Positions 11,340-21,657 of a DNA stretch of 64,000 nucleotides are shown here, one piece after another (position 1 is the first letter of the stretch; each line of letters begins with the position of its first letter). Under the pieces are notes generated by a model that worked only from the letters and a program-made list of their open reading frames with translations, was not told where the DNA came from and made no database searches. The position numbers and the translations under genes are program-made. This DNA comes from Macrostomum lignano. Lineage: Eukaryota. The DNA lies in contig NIVC01003265.1 of the NCBI GenBank assembly GCA_002269645.1, positions 1 to 64,000 of the forward strand. Direction: 5' to 3'.

Positions 11340-11910
11340 CTCGGGGATCTGCTTCCCGGCGTCCGCAAGGATCTGTGGCGTCGCCGCGGGCTTGCCTGGG
11401 CTGTCTGTCGTTCTTTGGGGGAAGTCCTGCAGTCCAGAGGCCTGTCCTGTACCTGACTGCCAGTGGGCAGCGTTGTTCCAGGTGGTGGTCGAGACCGTCC
11501 TGCTGTACAACGCTGAAACCTAGAGGCTGACGGATGCACTCGAGCAACACTTAGACGGGCCTTGGCGTTCCTGCTGCTCGCTGCCATCAAGATCGGCGAT
11601 GAGGGAGTCACCAAATGCGGCACTGTATCGCCACCCCGGTCTGGTCCGCCCAAGCGACCTGATGTGCCATCGGCGACTCCAGCTGGCAGGCGACATCATC
11701 CGCGCCGCTACAGGCACCCTACTGGCTGGGATGTCGTCGACTTCCTGCTGGCTGACGCCGGCGCCCCGGATTCGGTCGGCGGCGTGGTCATCGTTCGCCA
11801 CCTATCCCAGAGGCGCGCCCTGCGAGGCTGCCTTCTAATGACCCTGACAGTGTATTTTTACTTTCTATTTGGTTGTTGTTACTGTTGTTGTTGTTGTTTT
11901 TGTTGTTGTC
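11340..11910 (+). mobile_element. Degenerate 3' fragment of an RTE-clade non-LTR retrotransposon with (TGT)n tail
   Basis: Translates with stops and frameshifts as AALFQVVVETVLLYNAET*RLTDALEQ...KIGDEGVT..AALYRHPGLVRPSDLMCHRRLQLAGDIIRA...DFLLADAGAPDSVGGV. VETVLLYNAETW is a typical post-RT motif of RTE LINEs. A microsatellite tail follows at ~11870-11910. Confidence 0.8.
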
Positions 11911-12054
11911 TCTAATTGTCTCATTGGCTTGTTGTTCAAGCTTTGTTATTCTTTACGAGTACAAGCGACAGAAGTTTTGCAATGTCAGCTATTCGTTTAC
12001 CTCGTCGGTCTGGTTCCTGACGTTCGCGAGGCTTGCCTATAGTTTTGTGAGGGT

Positions 12055-12150
12055 GGGTCCTGCAGTCCGAGTACCACCAGTCCTTCGAAGGATGATACTG
12101 TAGTGTCCTTGACCCAGTTGGTGGTCGAGGCCGTACTACTTGAACGCTGA
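12055..12150 (+). mobile_element. Second, more decayed copy of the same RTE fragment
   Basis: gtcctgcagtccgag ... gtggtcgaggccgtactacttgaacgctga resembles 11423-11517. Confidence 0.45.
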
Positions 12151-12511
12151 CGAACGAGCTTAGTCCAACGACCTTACTTACGCTTTCGCTGCGATACTTA
12201 CGTTTTTGTGAGTTGTCCTTTTCTCAAAGATGCCCTTAAGATCAGCAACGACGGAATCTTATTGGCCTGACGCCGTATGCACCATACAAAGACCACTAGT
12301 GGTCCTTGACACCCCACCGTCGAGGACTGGCGCACATTCAGCAGGATTTGGTCGGCGACGCTGCCTACGAGTATGTTCGCGTTTGCGCTCAAGCCTGAGG
12401 TGCGGTCTGCACCGCTGCTCTCATTTACCTTAGGACCTGCGTGACAGACAACGTATCTTGTTGCTGTTCATTAATAAAATCAGTTAACCAAGCAGTTAGG
12501 AATACTTCGTA

Positions 12512-13132
12512 GGGAGCACGAGAAATGCCCGCAGACGAATTGCCCGCCGAGATTTGCCCGCAGGAGATTTGCCCGTGGAGATTTGCCCGTGGAGATTTGC
12601 CCGCCGAGCTTTTCCCGCGGAGATTTGCCCGCAGTGCATTTTGCCCGTGAGCGAATTGCCCGTGGAGATTTGCCCGCCGAGAATTGCCCGCCGAGATTTG
12701 CCCGCAGTGCAATTTTCCCGCGAGTGAATTGCCCGCGAGCGAATTGCCCGCCGAGTTTTTTCCCGCCGAGGTTTGCCCGCAATCCTTTTTTTGCAGCGCA
12801 TTTGGCAGCTAGATTCTGTCCATACATTGCTCCCCCAAAATATGCATTTGATATGCAGTTACTATCAAAACGTTTTGATCGTGTAAATCTCTTTATTAAG
12901 ATTAACACGTACTAAGCATTGGGAAGGCAATGCAGACAAAATCTGCCGCGTGGCCAAATGCGCTGCAGGAAAAAGGATTGCGGGCAAATCTCGGCGGGAA
13001 AAAACTCGGCGGGCAATTCGCTCGCGGGCAATTCACTCGCGGGAAAATTGCACTGCGGGCAAATCTCGGCGGGCAATTCTCGGCGGGCAAATCTCGGCGG
13101 GCAATTCGTCTGCGGGCAATTCTCATGGACCC
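12512..13132. mobile_element. Foldback-type non-autonomous element: long inverted arms built of ~13-bp GATTTGCCCGC subrepeats
   Basis: Left arm ~12512-12805 is the reverse complement of right arm ~12952-13132 (for example gcagcgcatttggc vs gccaaatgcgctgc), with a ~150-bp AT-rich spacer. No TSD found. Confidence 0.8.
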
Positions 13133-13551
13133 GGAAGTAACTGTCATCTGCTAGTAGGAAGGACATCAATATCCTTAGTGACGTTTAGTTAGAAAGAATA
13201 CGATAGAAACATTTAAACAACTGAATTAAGAAAAAGGGCAAAATAAAAAGCGACTTTCAAGTGCCACCTGAACAGGAAACCCCATTTATGTGAAGCCTAA
13301 AATTGTTTGGCGAAATTTCCGGAAAACATCGCTCCCATTTAATGGGAAGCATAAAATTTTGAGTGGCTTGAGAATTTTGCAGTATTCCAGTGCAGAGCTC
13401 CCATAAATGGGAAGCATGTAGGGCCGGCGAATCCTGCAGTATTCCTGTGCAGAGCTCCCATAAATGTGAATCCTTTAGGTAATTTTGACTTCACTACAGA
13501 GCCTCGGCCAGGACACAATGCAGCAGAAGAGCTCTTATCTTATGTGAGAGC

Positions 13552-13616
13552 GCGCGCACAAAACGTAGCGTTATCGTGGGGGCCGCCTGGTCTATAAATA
13601 CAACAGGGCTGCGCGC
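13552..13616 (+). promoter_or_regulatory. Metallothionein promoter: TATA box and two metal-response elements
   Basis: TATAAATA at 13593-13600; TGCGCGC (MRE core TGCRCNC) on the - strand at 13552-13558 and on the + strand at 13610-13616. Confidence 0.65.
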
Positions 13617-13704
13617 TGCCTCTGAGCCAAGGACAGCAAACCAGATACTCCTGTTTTCCTCTACTTCCAAGTGATTGCTCTACGCCACCCGACTATCAAT
13701 AGCT

Positions 13705-14022
13705 ATGGAGAAGCCTACCTGCATCAATTGCAAGCGCGATTGCGAGGCCTGCGAGTGCGAGACTTGCATCTGCGAGAAATGCGAGTGCGACACCTGCGAG
13801 TGCGACCATTGCGAGTGCGACAACTGCGAGTGCGAGACCTGCGACTGCACGGACGGTACCTGCAAGTGCGGCCAAAGCAAGTGCAGCAATGCCACCTGCA
13901 AGAATGCCACGTGCAAGATCAACGACCGTAGGACCTGCGTGTGCAAGACCTGTGTGTGCAAGACCTGCGTGTGCAAGACCTGCAAGTGCGAGACCTGCGT
14001 GTGCTGCAAGACATGCAAGTGA
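13705..14022 (+). CDS. Metallothionein-like protein, 105 aa, 34 Cys, intronless
   Basis: MEKPTCINCKRDCEACECETCICEKCECDTCECDHCECDNCECETCDCTDGTCKCGQSKCSNATCKNATCKINDRRTCVCKTCVCKTCVCKTCKCETCVCCKTCK*: no aromatic residues, CxC-xx pentapeptide repeats, and TATA plus MRE upstream. Confidence 0.85.
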   Translation: MEKPTCINCKRDCEACECETCICEKCECDTCECDHCECDNCECETCDCTDGTCKCGQSKCSNATCKNATCKINDRRTCVCKTCVCKTCVCKTCKCETCVCCKTCK

Positions 14023-14732
14023 AGAAACTGGACCGAGAGACCACATGCTACCAGACTTCAGCCTTCCCGTGACTTGAAACGCTAGGGATCCCCAAATTAC
14101 TTTAAATATGTATTCCGAGATTTACCTATATAAAAGGACTACAAAGTTATCATATTGTTTTTTTTATTCGAGCCTGTTAATAACTCGTCAATACTTCAAT
14201 AATTTTGACAGATTAAGAACAAATTGATTAAAGACAACAAATAAACTACCAAAAGTAATTATATTAAAGGGTCTACCTACTGCAAACATACACAGGTCTC
14301 ATCTTATTAGCTTAATTGATATCGTTTGAAGCTTATGCCCATTTACACATTCAACATCGGCTTACATGTACATTATACTCACGTAAATGTGCTCACGATG
14401 ATATCGCTAGAGTAATGAATTGAAGGCGACGAGATCTTCGGCGAGGCGGCACCCAACTAATAGTCGTAGAAGCCGCGGATATTAGAATATATACATTTAG
14501 AAGGTTTGCGAAACACTAAGGACCTTACCTTCGTTCCTTCATTTTTGTTCTGGGAAGATAGAAGTCGGTTAATTTTGGCTTGTTCTGGCTTCTGCTGAAT
14601 AAACGCTCGCTTTTTACTACTTGCGCAGTCAATAGCGACGTTAATTATATATTTTCCTAAATTTCCAATAATCTAAAAAACCAAGTTTTGGGGTTCGTTC
14701 TTTCTTCTATAAAGCTCTGCTGCTTCCTAAAT

Positions 14733-14800
14733 GACTAGCTGAACGACCTTCTGCGCCGTGATCGGTGGTTCGAGACTTCGAGTTGGCAGCGAATTTTCCG
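14733..14800 (+). mobile_element. Possible tRNA-derived SINE head
   Basis: A-box-like TAGCTGAACG at 14736 and B-box-like GGTTCGAGAC at 14767; no cloverleaf or defined body. Confidence 0.25.
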
Positions 14801-16649
14801 CGCTGAGCCATACCACCCACAGCCCGATGTATAACATGCTGTTGCTAATGCTGCAGCTACTCTTCCAACGAGGACAGACAGAGGGTTACACCTGCCTCCC
14901 GGGCTCTGTCTCACTATGACGCATGACGGCGATGTGACCTATAATAGATACTTTCTCATCCAGGCCTGGTGTCATGCCACTCTGATTTTCAGAATAATTG
15001 TTGAGTATCAACTTACTTGGTTTCGATTTTTCACGATTGGATACTCCAAATATCTAATTAACGTCTGACTCATCAATCCTCCCGTTTGACCCATTGGACT
15101 AAATTTTAAAGTTATGCATAGAGAAATTAGGTGGTTGAAGAACTACAGAACGTTCCAATTGACAAAGTTTTTCGTCGAAAAATCGAATTTTCATAATCAA
15201 AATTTTAAACTCAACTAAAGCAAGCATCCAGATCTTCAATGGTGCGAGTTTTAGTCAATTTCAGTTTTCGCGTCTAGTTATAACAAAAACACAATTAGGC
15301 ACGTGTTCAAATTCGCAACCATACAACATTTTTTATAACTTAATGATAAATTCTAATACATCATGCTTATGTTGATTATTATAAAAATGATATTAAAAAA
15401 GCTCACTTACTATCATACCATATCATACCATCGTTTTAGGGGCTGCTCTGGACCTGTATTGTATTTTTTTGTGTTGGTAAATTAGTGTAATATTAAATTA
15501 GTGTAGCCTAACTTTAATCCACTAAATTTTGGACAATTGGTCTATTGGCATCCAACAGTTGTTCTACTAACTGCAAGGGTGTAGGACCAAGACCGCCACA
15601 CACCAAGACCGCCACACTTGGGGGAGCTAGGGGGAGGAATTTGGCTCGCCATGTTATTGGATGGTGCTGGGGGAGGGGTGAGATGGGGACGACAAGGCCG
15701 CGAGAGAGGAACCGGTGAGCGGGCCGGGCGGACCTGAGTGAGCCTTCCTCGTTTTTTCATTCAATTTGAATTGTAAAGGAACTATCAATCCTAAATAAAC
15801 AGCTACTATTAGTAGAAAGCTGTGAAAAAAGGCTCTTGACTTAACTGCATTCTTAATTCGCAGTTTCGAATGTGGTCCTTGAGTTGGTTATCATTGGTAT
15901 AATTTGTTATAATGTGAGTTTTCATGTGTGATTCGAGCATGTCCGATTGCCAATGCAAATTTGCCAATTCGATCGCAGGCAGGCAGGCTAACATGCACTT
16001 GTATTTAGAGGTTACGGGATGGTGAGTCGTGCAGCCATACCGTTTTTATTACGTGTACATGTACAGGCTTCCTATAAAAACGACACTAAAGTAGTCCGTG
16101 ATTTGTACGAGCTGGGCCTCGATCGAGTTGTACGAGGCCTGTTATAAGCAGCTTTCATGCTCACTTTAAATCACTCAATCACTAACTCACTCACTCTCTC
16201 ACCCTCTACATGTATCTTACTCGCTCACTCACTCACTTGCACACTGATCACTCACTCAAAAGTTACTCTAATCGCTCTTAATACAATCAAAATGTATGGC
16301 ACGAAAATGCATGCACATCACATGTACAGTAATCGTTTACTTTGATTTCGGATGTTCTCCCTGTTTAATAAAAAATACGTTCTAAAACTATTTGAACGAA
16401 TATTAGCTACAATTGTACATTTGTACTGTACATCACATTGGCTACCAGTGTATACTCGTGCATGTAACATGCAGTTCTGATCCCTACCATACAACAGACG
16501 GACAGTCATATCGCTACACTTGATTTTAATTTACCATGCAATCAATTGGCAATGATCGACCTGGTACACAGTATGTGCATTGTGTGATAGATACATGTAT
16601 ATCCATGCTCTGTACAGCTAAATTGGATCAGGAAATCATCTCTCGAGGT

Positions 16650-17673
16650 CAGGGGTGGTCGGAACCAGGGGTCACGGGGGGCTGGAGCCCCCCCCCCACT
16701 TTTTAGCATGATCCATCAAGTGCCCTTTTTGAATTTTAAGCAAGTGTCGGCCGGTTTTCGGCTTTGGCTTTTCTGAGTCTTGGAAGCTAAGGGCTGATAT
16801 AATAGTTAATGTTGTTCTCAATCCCATTCACTACAGTTTTATCTAATGTGCCTAAGCCTAGTGCTTTTAGTGCAGGGGTCAGCAAACTTTTTACCTCAAG
16901 GGCCAGATTAAGAACCTAGCGTGGCGCAATGACTGCCCTTCTGGGTCTGCTTCCGTGGGCCCCCTAAGCGAAACGTGCCCAGGAGTCCCTGATGATTGCA
17001 GGCAAGAGAAGGGAGAGGCTAGGGAATAAAGGAGAAGAGAGTAGACGAGAAAAGAGATAAAATAGGAGAGGGGAGATGAATGAGGAGAGTCGAGATATAA
17101 GAGAGAGGAGAGAACGAGGGAAGGGAGAAGAGAATGGAGAGGAAAAGGGAGATGAGAGCTGATACGAGCTAAGAGAGGAGAGGAGATGATAAGAGAGGAG
17201 AGATGAGAGGAGAGAACAGAGAAGAGTGGAGAGGAGAGGAGAGGAGAGGAGATAGGTGAGGAGAGGAGAGGAGAGGAGAGGAGAGGAGAGGAGAGGAGAG
17301 GAGAGGAGATAGGTGAGGAGAGGAGAGGAGAGGAGAGGAGAGGAGAGGAGAGGAGAGGAGAGGAGAGGAGAGGAGAGGAGAGGAGAGGAGATAGGTGAGG
17401 AGAGGAGGGGAGAGGAGAGGAGAGGAGAGGAGATAGGTGAGGAGAGGAGAGGAGAGGAGAGGAGAGGAGAGGAGAGGAGAGGAGAGGAGAGGAGAGGAGA
17501 TAGGTGAGGAGAGGAGAGGAGAGGAGAGGAGAGGAGAGGAGAGGACAATTTCACAAACTGATATAGCTAACATCAGGAGTTTGGGTGCCCTTAGATTAAA
17601 AGAAATTATGTGCAATGTGCCCTCCCAACAATAGCCCCCCCCCCCCACTTTGAAATATTTTCCGACACTGCTG
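16650..17673. mobile_element. hAT-like MITE nested in the MULE
   Basis: CAG...CTG ends (cagggg..tggtcggaa vs ttccgacactgctg) with a perfect 8-bp TSD CTCGAGGT at 16642-16649 and 17674-17681. It contains a further CAGGGGTCAGCAAACT hAT-like end at 16873. Confidence 0.8.
17000..17545. repeat. (GGAGA)n purine microsatellite
   Basis: Direct reading; degenerate 5' part and pure 3' part. Confidence 0.95.
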
Positions 17674-17689
17674 CTCGAGGTCTCTCTTT

Positions 17690-18025
17690 AATTCTCTCAC
17701 ACTCTCTCCACTCTCACCCTCTCTCCACTCTCACCCTCTCTCCACTCTCACCCTCTCTCCACTCTCACCCTCCCTCCACTCTCACCCTCCCTCCACTCTC
17801 ACCCTCTCTCCACTCTCACCCTCTCTCCACTCTCACCCTCTGTCCACTCTCACCATCCCTCTACTCTCACCCTCTCTCCACTTTCAGCCTCTCTTTACTC
17901 TCAGCCTCTACTCTCAGTCTCTTTCAACTCTCACCCTCTCTCCACTTTCAGCCTCTCTTTCAACTCTCACCCTCTCTCTACTCTCACTCTCTCTCCACTC
18001 TCACCCTCTCTCCACTCTCACCCGC
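17690..18025. repeat. 17-bp CCACTCTCACCCTCTCT minisatellite
   Basis: Direct reading. Confidence 0.9.
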
Positions 18026-18176
18026 TCATCAAATAGCAGTTATCCTCCACTGATACGGCCCCGAATTTGAATTTTCTGTTTATCTATAATTGTATTAGAA
18101 TAGCATATCTATACAATAAAAACTGATTATCTGATATCGGAGCTTAAATAGTTTTTGATCAAGAAATATCATTAAA

Positions 18177-20036
18177 ATGGCAGGTGCATACCCATGTGTA
18201 GTGTGTGTACAGCCTGTTGTCAATGGAGAAGAAGCCATTGAGTGCTCGCAGTGTAGCGAATGGCAGCATCGTGCGTGTAACAGTCGCGTTACACCGGAGC
18301 AGTACGCTGCGATGAAACGTGTACGCGAGTTTTTCTGGCTGTGCAACCGATGCCTTAGGCCAACTACAGGTGTGCCTTCATCTGCACCCTCAGCTGCCCC
18401 AGCAGCTACTGTGCCACCAACCTTTCCAGGATCAGGACCAGGTGGTGAGCCTATTGACCTAGAGGAGCCATTGCTTCCAGTCCCTCATGTAGAAGTGGAA
18501 GAGAGGTTTTTATTTCAGTATCCCGATTTCGCTGACGCTGAACCTGTGCTCGAAGAATCAATTCACGAGCCTCCAGCAGAGTTGGCGCCGCCTCGTAGCC
18601 CACCTCCGCAGGCTTTTGAGCATTTTCCAGGTGCTGGATTCAGCCACGGCAAAGACTTGCTGGTGCAGTACGTCAGGCGTGATCTTGGCCGCTTGATGCA
18701 TGTCAAGAGCCGGCGAAACGGCAACACTTACTACCGTTGCAACAAAACTGCACCGAAATGCCTGGGCTCAGCCGTCAAGCGACAAGACGGAACCATTGAA
18801 GCCTTGAAAGAGCACACCTGCGATCCAGTCGATCAGCCAGTTAAAAAACGACGTATTGCAGCTCAGGTAAAAGCGGAAGCAAAGCGAGCGCCATTCAAAT
18901 CTGCTCGCATCATCGCTGAGGAGAAAGTAAGAGAGCTCCCCCAAGAAGTGCAGGCAGTGATTAATATAGATTCCTTAAGTCGCAATGCTAATTATTCTCG
19001 TAAAAAAAGCCGCCCCGCGGAGCCAGCTAACATCCATTTTCAGGTTGATCCCGAGCACGTGCCCCCAGAGTTCCATTTGCAGGACGTTACTGTGCCAGAG
19101 ACAAATGGACGGCACTTTGTCTTCATGTCTGCGACACAACGGGAGATCCTGTCCACACGACGCATTCTGCACTGCGATGGCACATTCGGCATTGTCAAGG
19201 CGCCTTTCATGCAGCTGTACAGCCTTCATGGAGCCATTCGCTGCAACAATCAAGAGCGTCTGGTACCACTGGCATTCTTTCTGATGTCAGGTAAGGCTCA
19301 GGCTGACTACCAAGCCTGCTTCCGGCAGGTATGGGAGTTGACTGGTAATGCACCTGTCCAATTTATCTGCGACTTTGAGTCGGCCGCCTGGCAAGCCATT
19401 CGGCTAGTTTATCCAGCAGCCCAAGTTCGTGGCTGCTTTTTTCATTACTGCCAGGCTGTTTTCAGGCGAGTCCAGTCTCTTGGATTGCAGGTGCAGTATG
19501 CGACTTCCCCTGCGGTAAAGTTATTAGTACGCATGCTGCTTTCGATTCCTTGTCTGCCGGCTCCTTGCATGCTAGATGGCCTTGCAGCCTGCACTGCAAT
19601 GGCAGGAGAGAATCAGCGCCTTCTAGAGCTAACGGAATACGTGCGTGCAACCTGGCTACAGCACCCTGTGTGGGACCGGGATGCCATTTGCGTCTTTGAG
19701 CGGTTCACAAGGACGAACAATGCCGTGGAGGCTTGGCACGCGCAGCTCAACAAGCGTGGAGAGAAAGCGCTTAATTTCTATCTTCTGCTGACCCTGCTTC
19801 AGCGTGATGCAGAGCGGGTGCAACGTCTGCTGCAGCAAGTTCATCAAGGCCAAGCTGTCACGCACCACCAGCAAGTACATGCTAGGTACGCGCGAGTGAA
19901 TGTCTGCTTTGAGACATTCTGCCGACACCTGAGAGAGGGCACTATGTCGATTGCAGCATTTCTCCGGGCCTGCAGCCATATTCATGCGCAACCTGGATGG
20001 CAGCAAGAGGGCGAGAATGATGCGCAGCAGAATTGA
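18177..20036 (+). CDS. MULE transposase with N-terminal PHD finger and FLYWCH/WRKY-like Zn finger, 619 aa
   Basis: PHD C4HC3: CVVC...IECSQCSEWQHRAC...FWLCNRC. Zn-finger-like YYRCNKTAPKC...KEHTC. Catalytic motifs LHCDGTF (D), ICDFE (D), GCFFHYCQA (CxxH) and RTNNAVEAWH (E). Single uninterrupted ORF. Confidence 0.93.
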   Translation: MAGAYPCVVCVQPVVNGEEAIECSQCSEWQHRACNSRVTPEQYAAMKRVREFFWLCNRCLRPTTGVPSSAPSAAPAATVPPTFPGSGPGGEPIDLEEPLLPVPHVEVEERFLFQYPDFADAEPVLEESIHEPPAELAPPRSPPPQAFEHFPGAGFSHGKDLLVQYVRRDLGRLMHVKSRRNGNTYYRCNKTAPKCLGSAVKRQDGTIEALKEHTCDPVDQPVKKRRIAAQVKAEAKRAPFKSARIIAEEKVRELPQEVQAVINIDSLSRNANYSRKKSRPAEPANIHFQVDPEHVPPEFHLQDVTVPETNGRHFVFMSATQREILSTRRILHCDGTFGIVKAPFMQLYSLHGAIRCNNQERLVPLAFFLMSGKAQADYQACFRQVWELTGNAPVQFICDFESAAWQAIRLVYPAAQVRGCFFHYCQAVFRRVQSLGLQVQYATSPAVKLLVRMLLSIPCLPAPCMLDGLAACTAMAGENQRLLELTEYVRATWLQHPVWDRDAICVFERFTRTNNAVEAWHAQLNKRGEKALNFYLLLTLLQRDAERVQRLLQQVHQGQAVTHHQQVHARYARVNVCFETFCRHLREGTMSIAAFLRACSHIHAQPGWQQEGENDAQQN

Positions 20037-20167
20037 TCGCGATCTCTCCGTTTTGCCTGATTCAAGTGGAAACTTTTAATAATTAACCATTTTACTTAAA
20101 TCGAGTTATAAATCTCAATTCATTGCTTGCTTAGCAAATAGCTCCCTCATTATCATTTTTCGCACAC

Positions 20168-20490
20168 CATTATATTCTGCACTTTTATTTCAGTCCATAT
20201 GCGGCGCACAGGTAAAGCTATTAATTATTACCTTCTAAATGCCATCATTTTTCGCATGCCATTACATTCTGCACTTTTATTTCAGTCCATATGCGGTGCA
20301 CAGGTAAAGCTATTAATTATTACCTTCTAAATGCCATCATTTTTCGCATGCCATTACATTCTGCACTTTTATTTCAGTCCATATGCGGCGCACAGGTAAA
20401 GCTATTAATTATTACCTTCTAAATGCCATCATTTTTCGCATGCCATTACATTCTGCACTTTTATTTCAGTCCATATGCGGCCCACAGGTA
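20168..20490. repeat. 92-bp tandem repeat, about 3.5 copies, inside the MULE
   Basis: ctgcacttttatttcagtcc recurs at 20177, 20269, 20361 and 20453. Confidence 0.92.
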
Positions 20491-20728
20491 AAAAAGAAAA
20501 AATCTGCGTATTCGCTAAATTTGCTTGCATCTTATCCACTGCCCCTCCAGTTTTATTTCACTGCACCCCCTGCTGGATTGTGGAGGCGGGGGCACATTTG
20601 GCTTGTGAGCGCGAATAACAAGATCTTAAACTTTTACACCGTGCTTAAAGCGAAATGTGCTGCCAGCTCCATAGGTCATCTCGAGCCCGAACTCCATGTG
20701 GCACTTATTTATACTTAATCTCTAATCC

Positions 20729-21030
20729 ATCCAAATATGCTAAATCTCTAAGGTTTGTTTGCTTGCTTGCTTGCTTGTCCATAAAGCTCTAGAGCTCACT
20801 GTCCTTGACCGATTTTCTTAAAATCCAAATATACTAAATCTCTAATATTTGTATGTTTGTCCATAATCTAAATATACTAAATCTCTAATATTTGTTTGTT
20901 TGTTTGTATGTTTGTCCATAACGCTCTAGAGATTGCAATCTAAATATACTAAATCTCTAAGATTTGTATGTTTGCTTGTCCATAGCGCTCTAGTCTAAAA
21001 ATACTAAATCTCTAATAATATGCTAAAATT
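20729..21030 (+). mobile_element. Stack of truncated Helitron-like 5' ends
   Basis: TC(C/T)AAATATACTAAATCTCTAA followed by (TGTT/TGCT)n and GTCCATA recurs at ~20729, 20823, 20866, 20938 and 20994. The first copy also has gaccgattttc. The TC start plus a short microsatellite is typical of non-autonomous Helitron 5' ends. Confidence 0.45.
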
Positions 21031-21534
21031 ACTATATCTGCATGTACTAATGAGGTAGAACTACTATATTGCATAATCACTGTTTAAACTGCGCACAGAA
21101 TAGCTTGCGCAAAAAAGTTCAAATTTAATTTCAATACACGACCCCATCTCTGTTTGTGATCCCTCTCTACTACATCTTTGTCTCTCCTTCTGATAGTTTA
21201 AATCAAAGCGACTTCTTTTCCAGCTTTGCATAACACTATCATAAATTAGCTACTCCAGCAATAGCATATTGTCAGGCAAGGTAACAAAAATTTATCACTT
21301 TTTTAGAATGAATGCATTGACAGCTGGCTTGGTTAGCCAACTGTCTCAGGGTTCTTATTAAATCAAGACAGGAAGCAAATACTCTCCACCCAGTTACCAC
21401 GAATAGATCGTATAGTAACAAAAACAGCTGTACTTAACTTGTTATCTCTTATAGGTTCTGAAATTCATCGCTTATAGGCTACATGCAACGGCCGTGCATT
21501 TTTAAAATACCAAGCCATAAATCTTAAACGGAAC

Positions 21535-21657
21535 GAGGGGCGCACTCAAAAAATTTTAGGGGGGGGGGGGTATTACGGAGAGAGGTGGCACTGGCAAATG
21601 GGGACAGACCCCGGAATTTTCCTCCCTTGACCCCTCCCCCTCTGGGTGCAACCCCTG
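21535..21657. mobile_element. Small MITE-like remnant
   Basis: Imperfect TIR gaggggcgcactc ... gggtgcaacccctg; no clean TSD. Confidence 0.35.

Noticed and set aside
13671-14077. Overlapping ORFs around the metallothionein, including the TTG-start 115-aa version
   Set aside because: Alternative frames and strands of the Cys-repeat; ATG 13705 lies downstream of the TATA box and is the plausible start.
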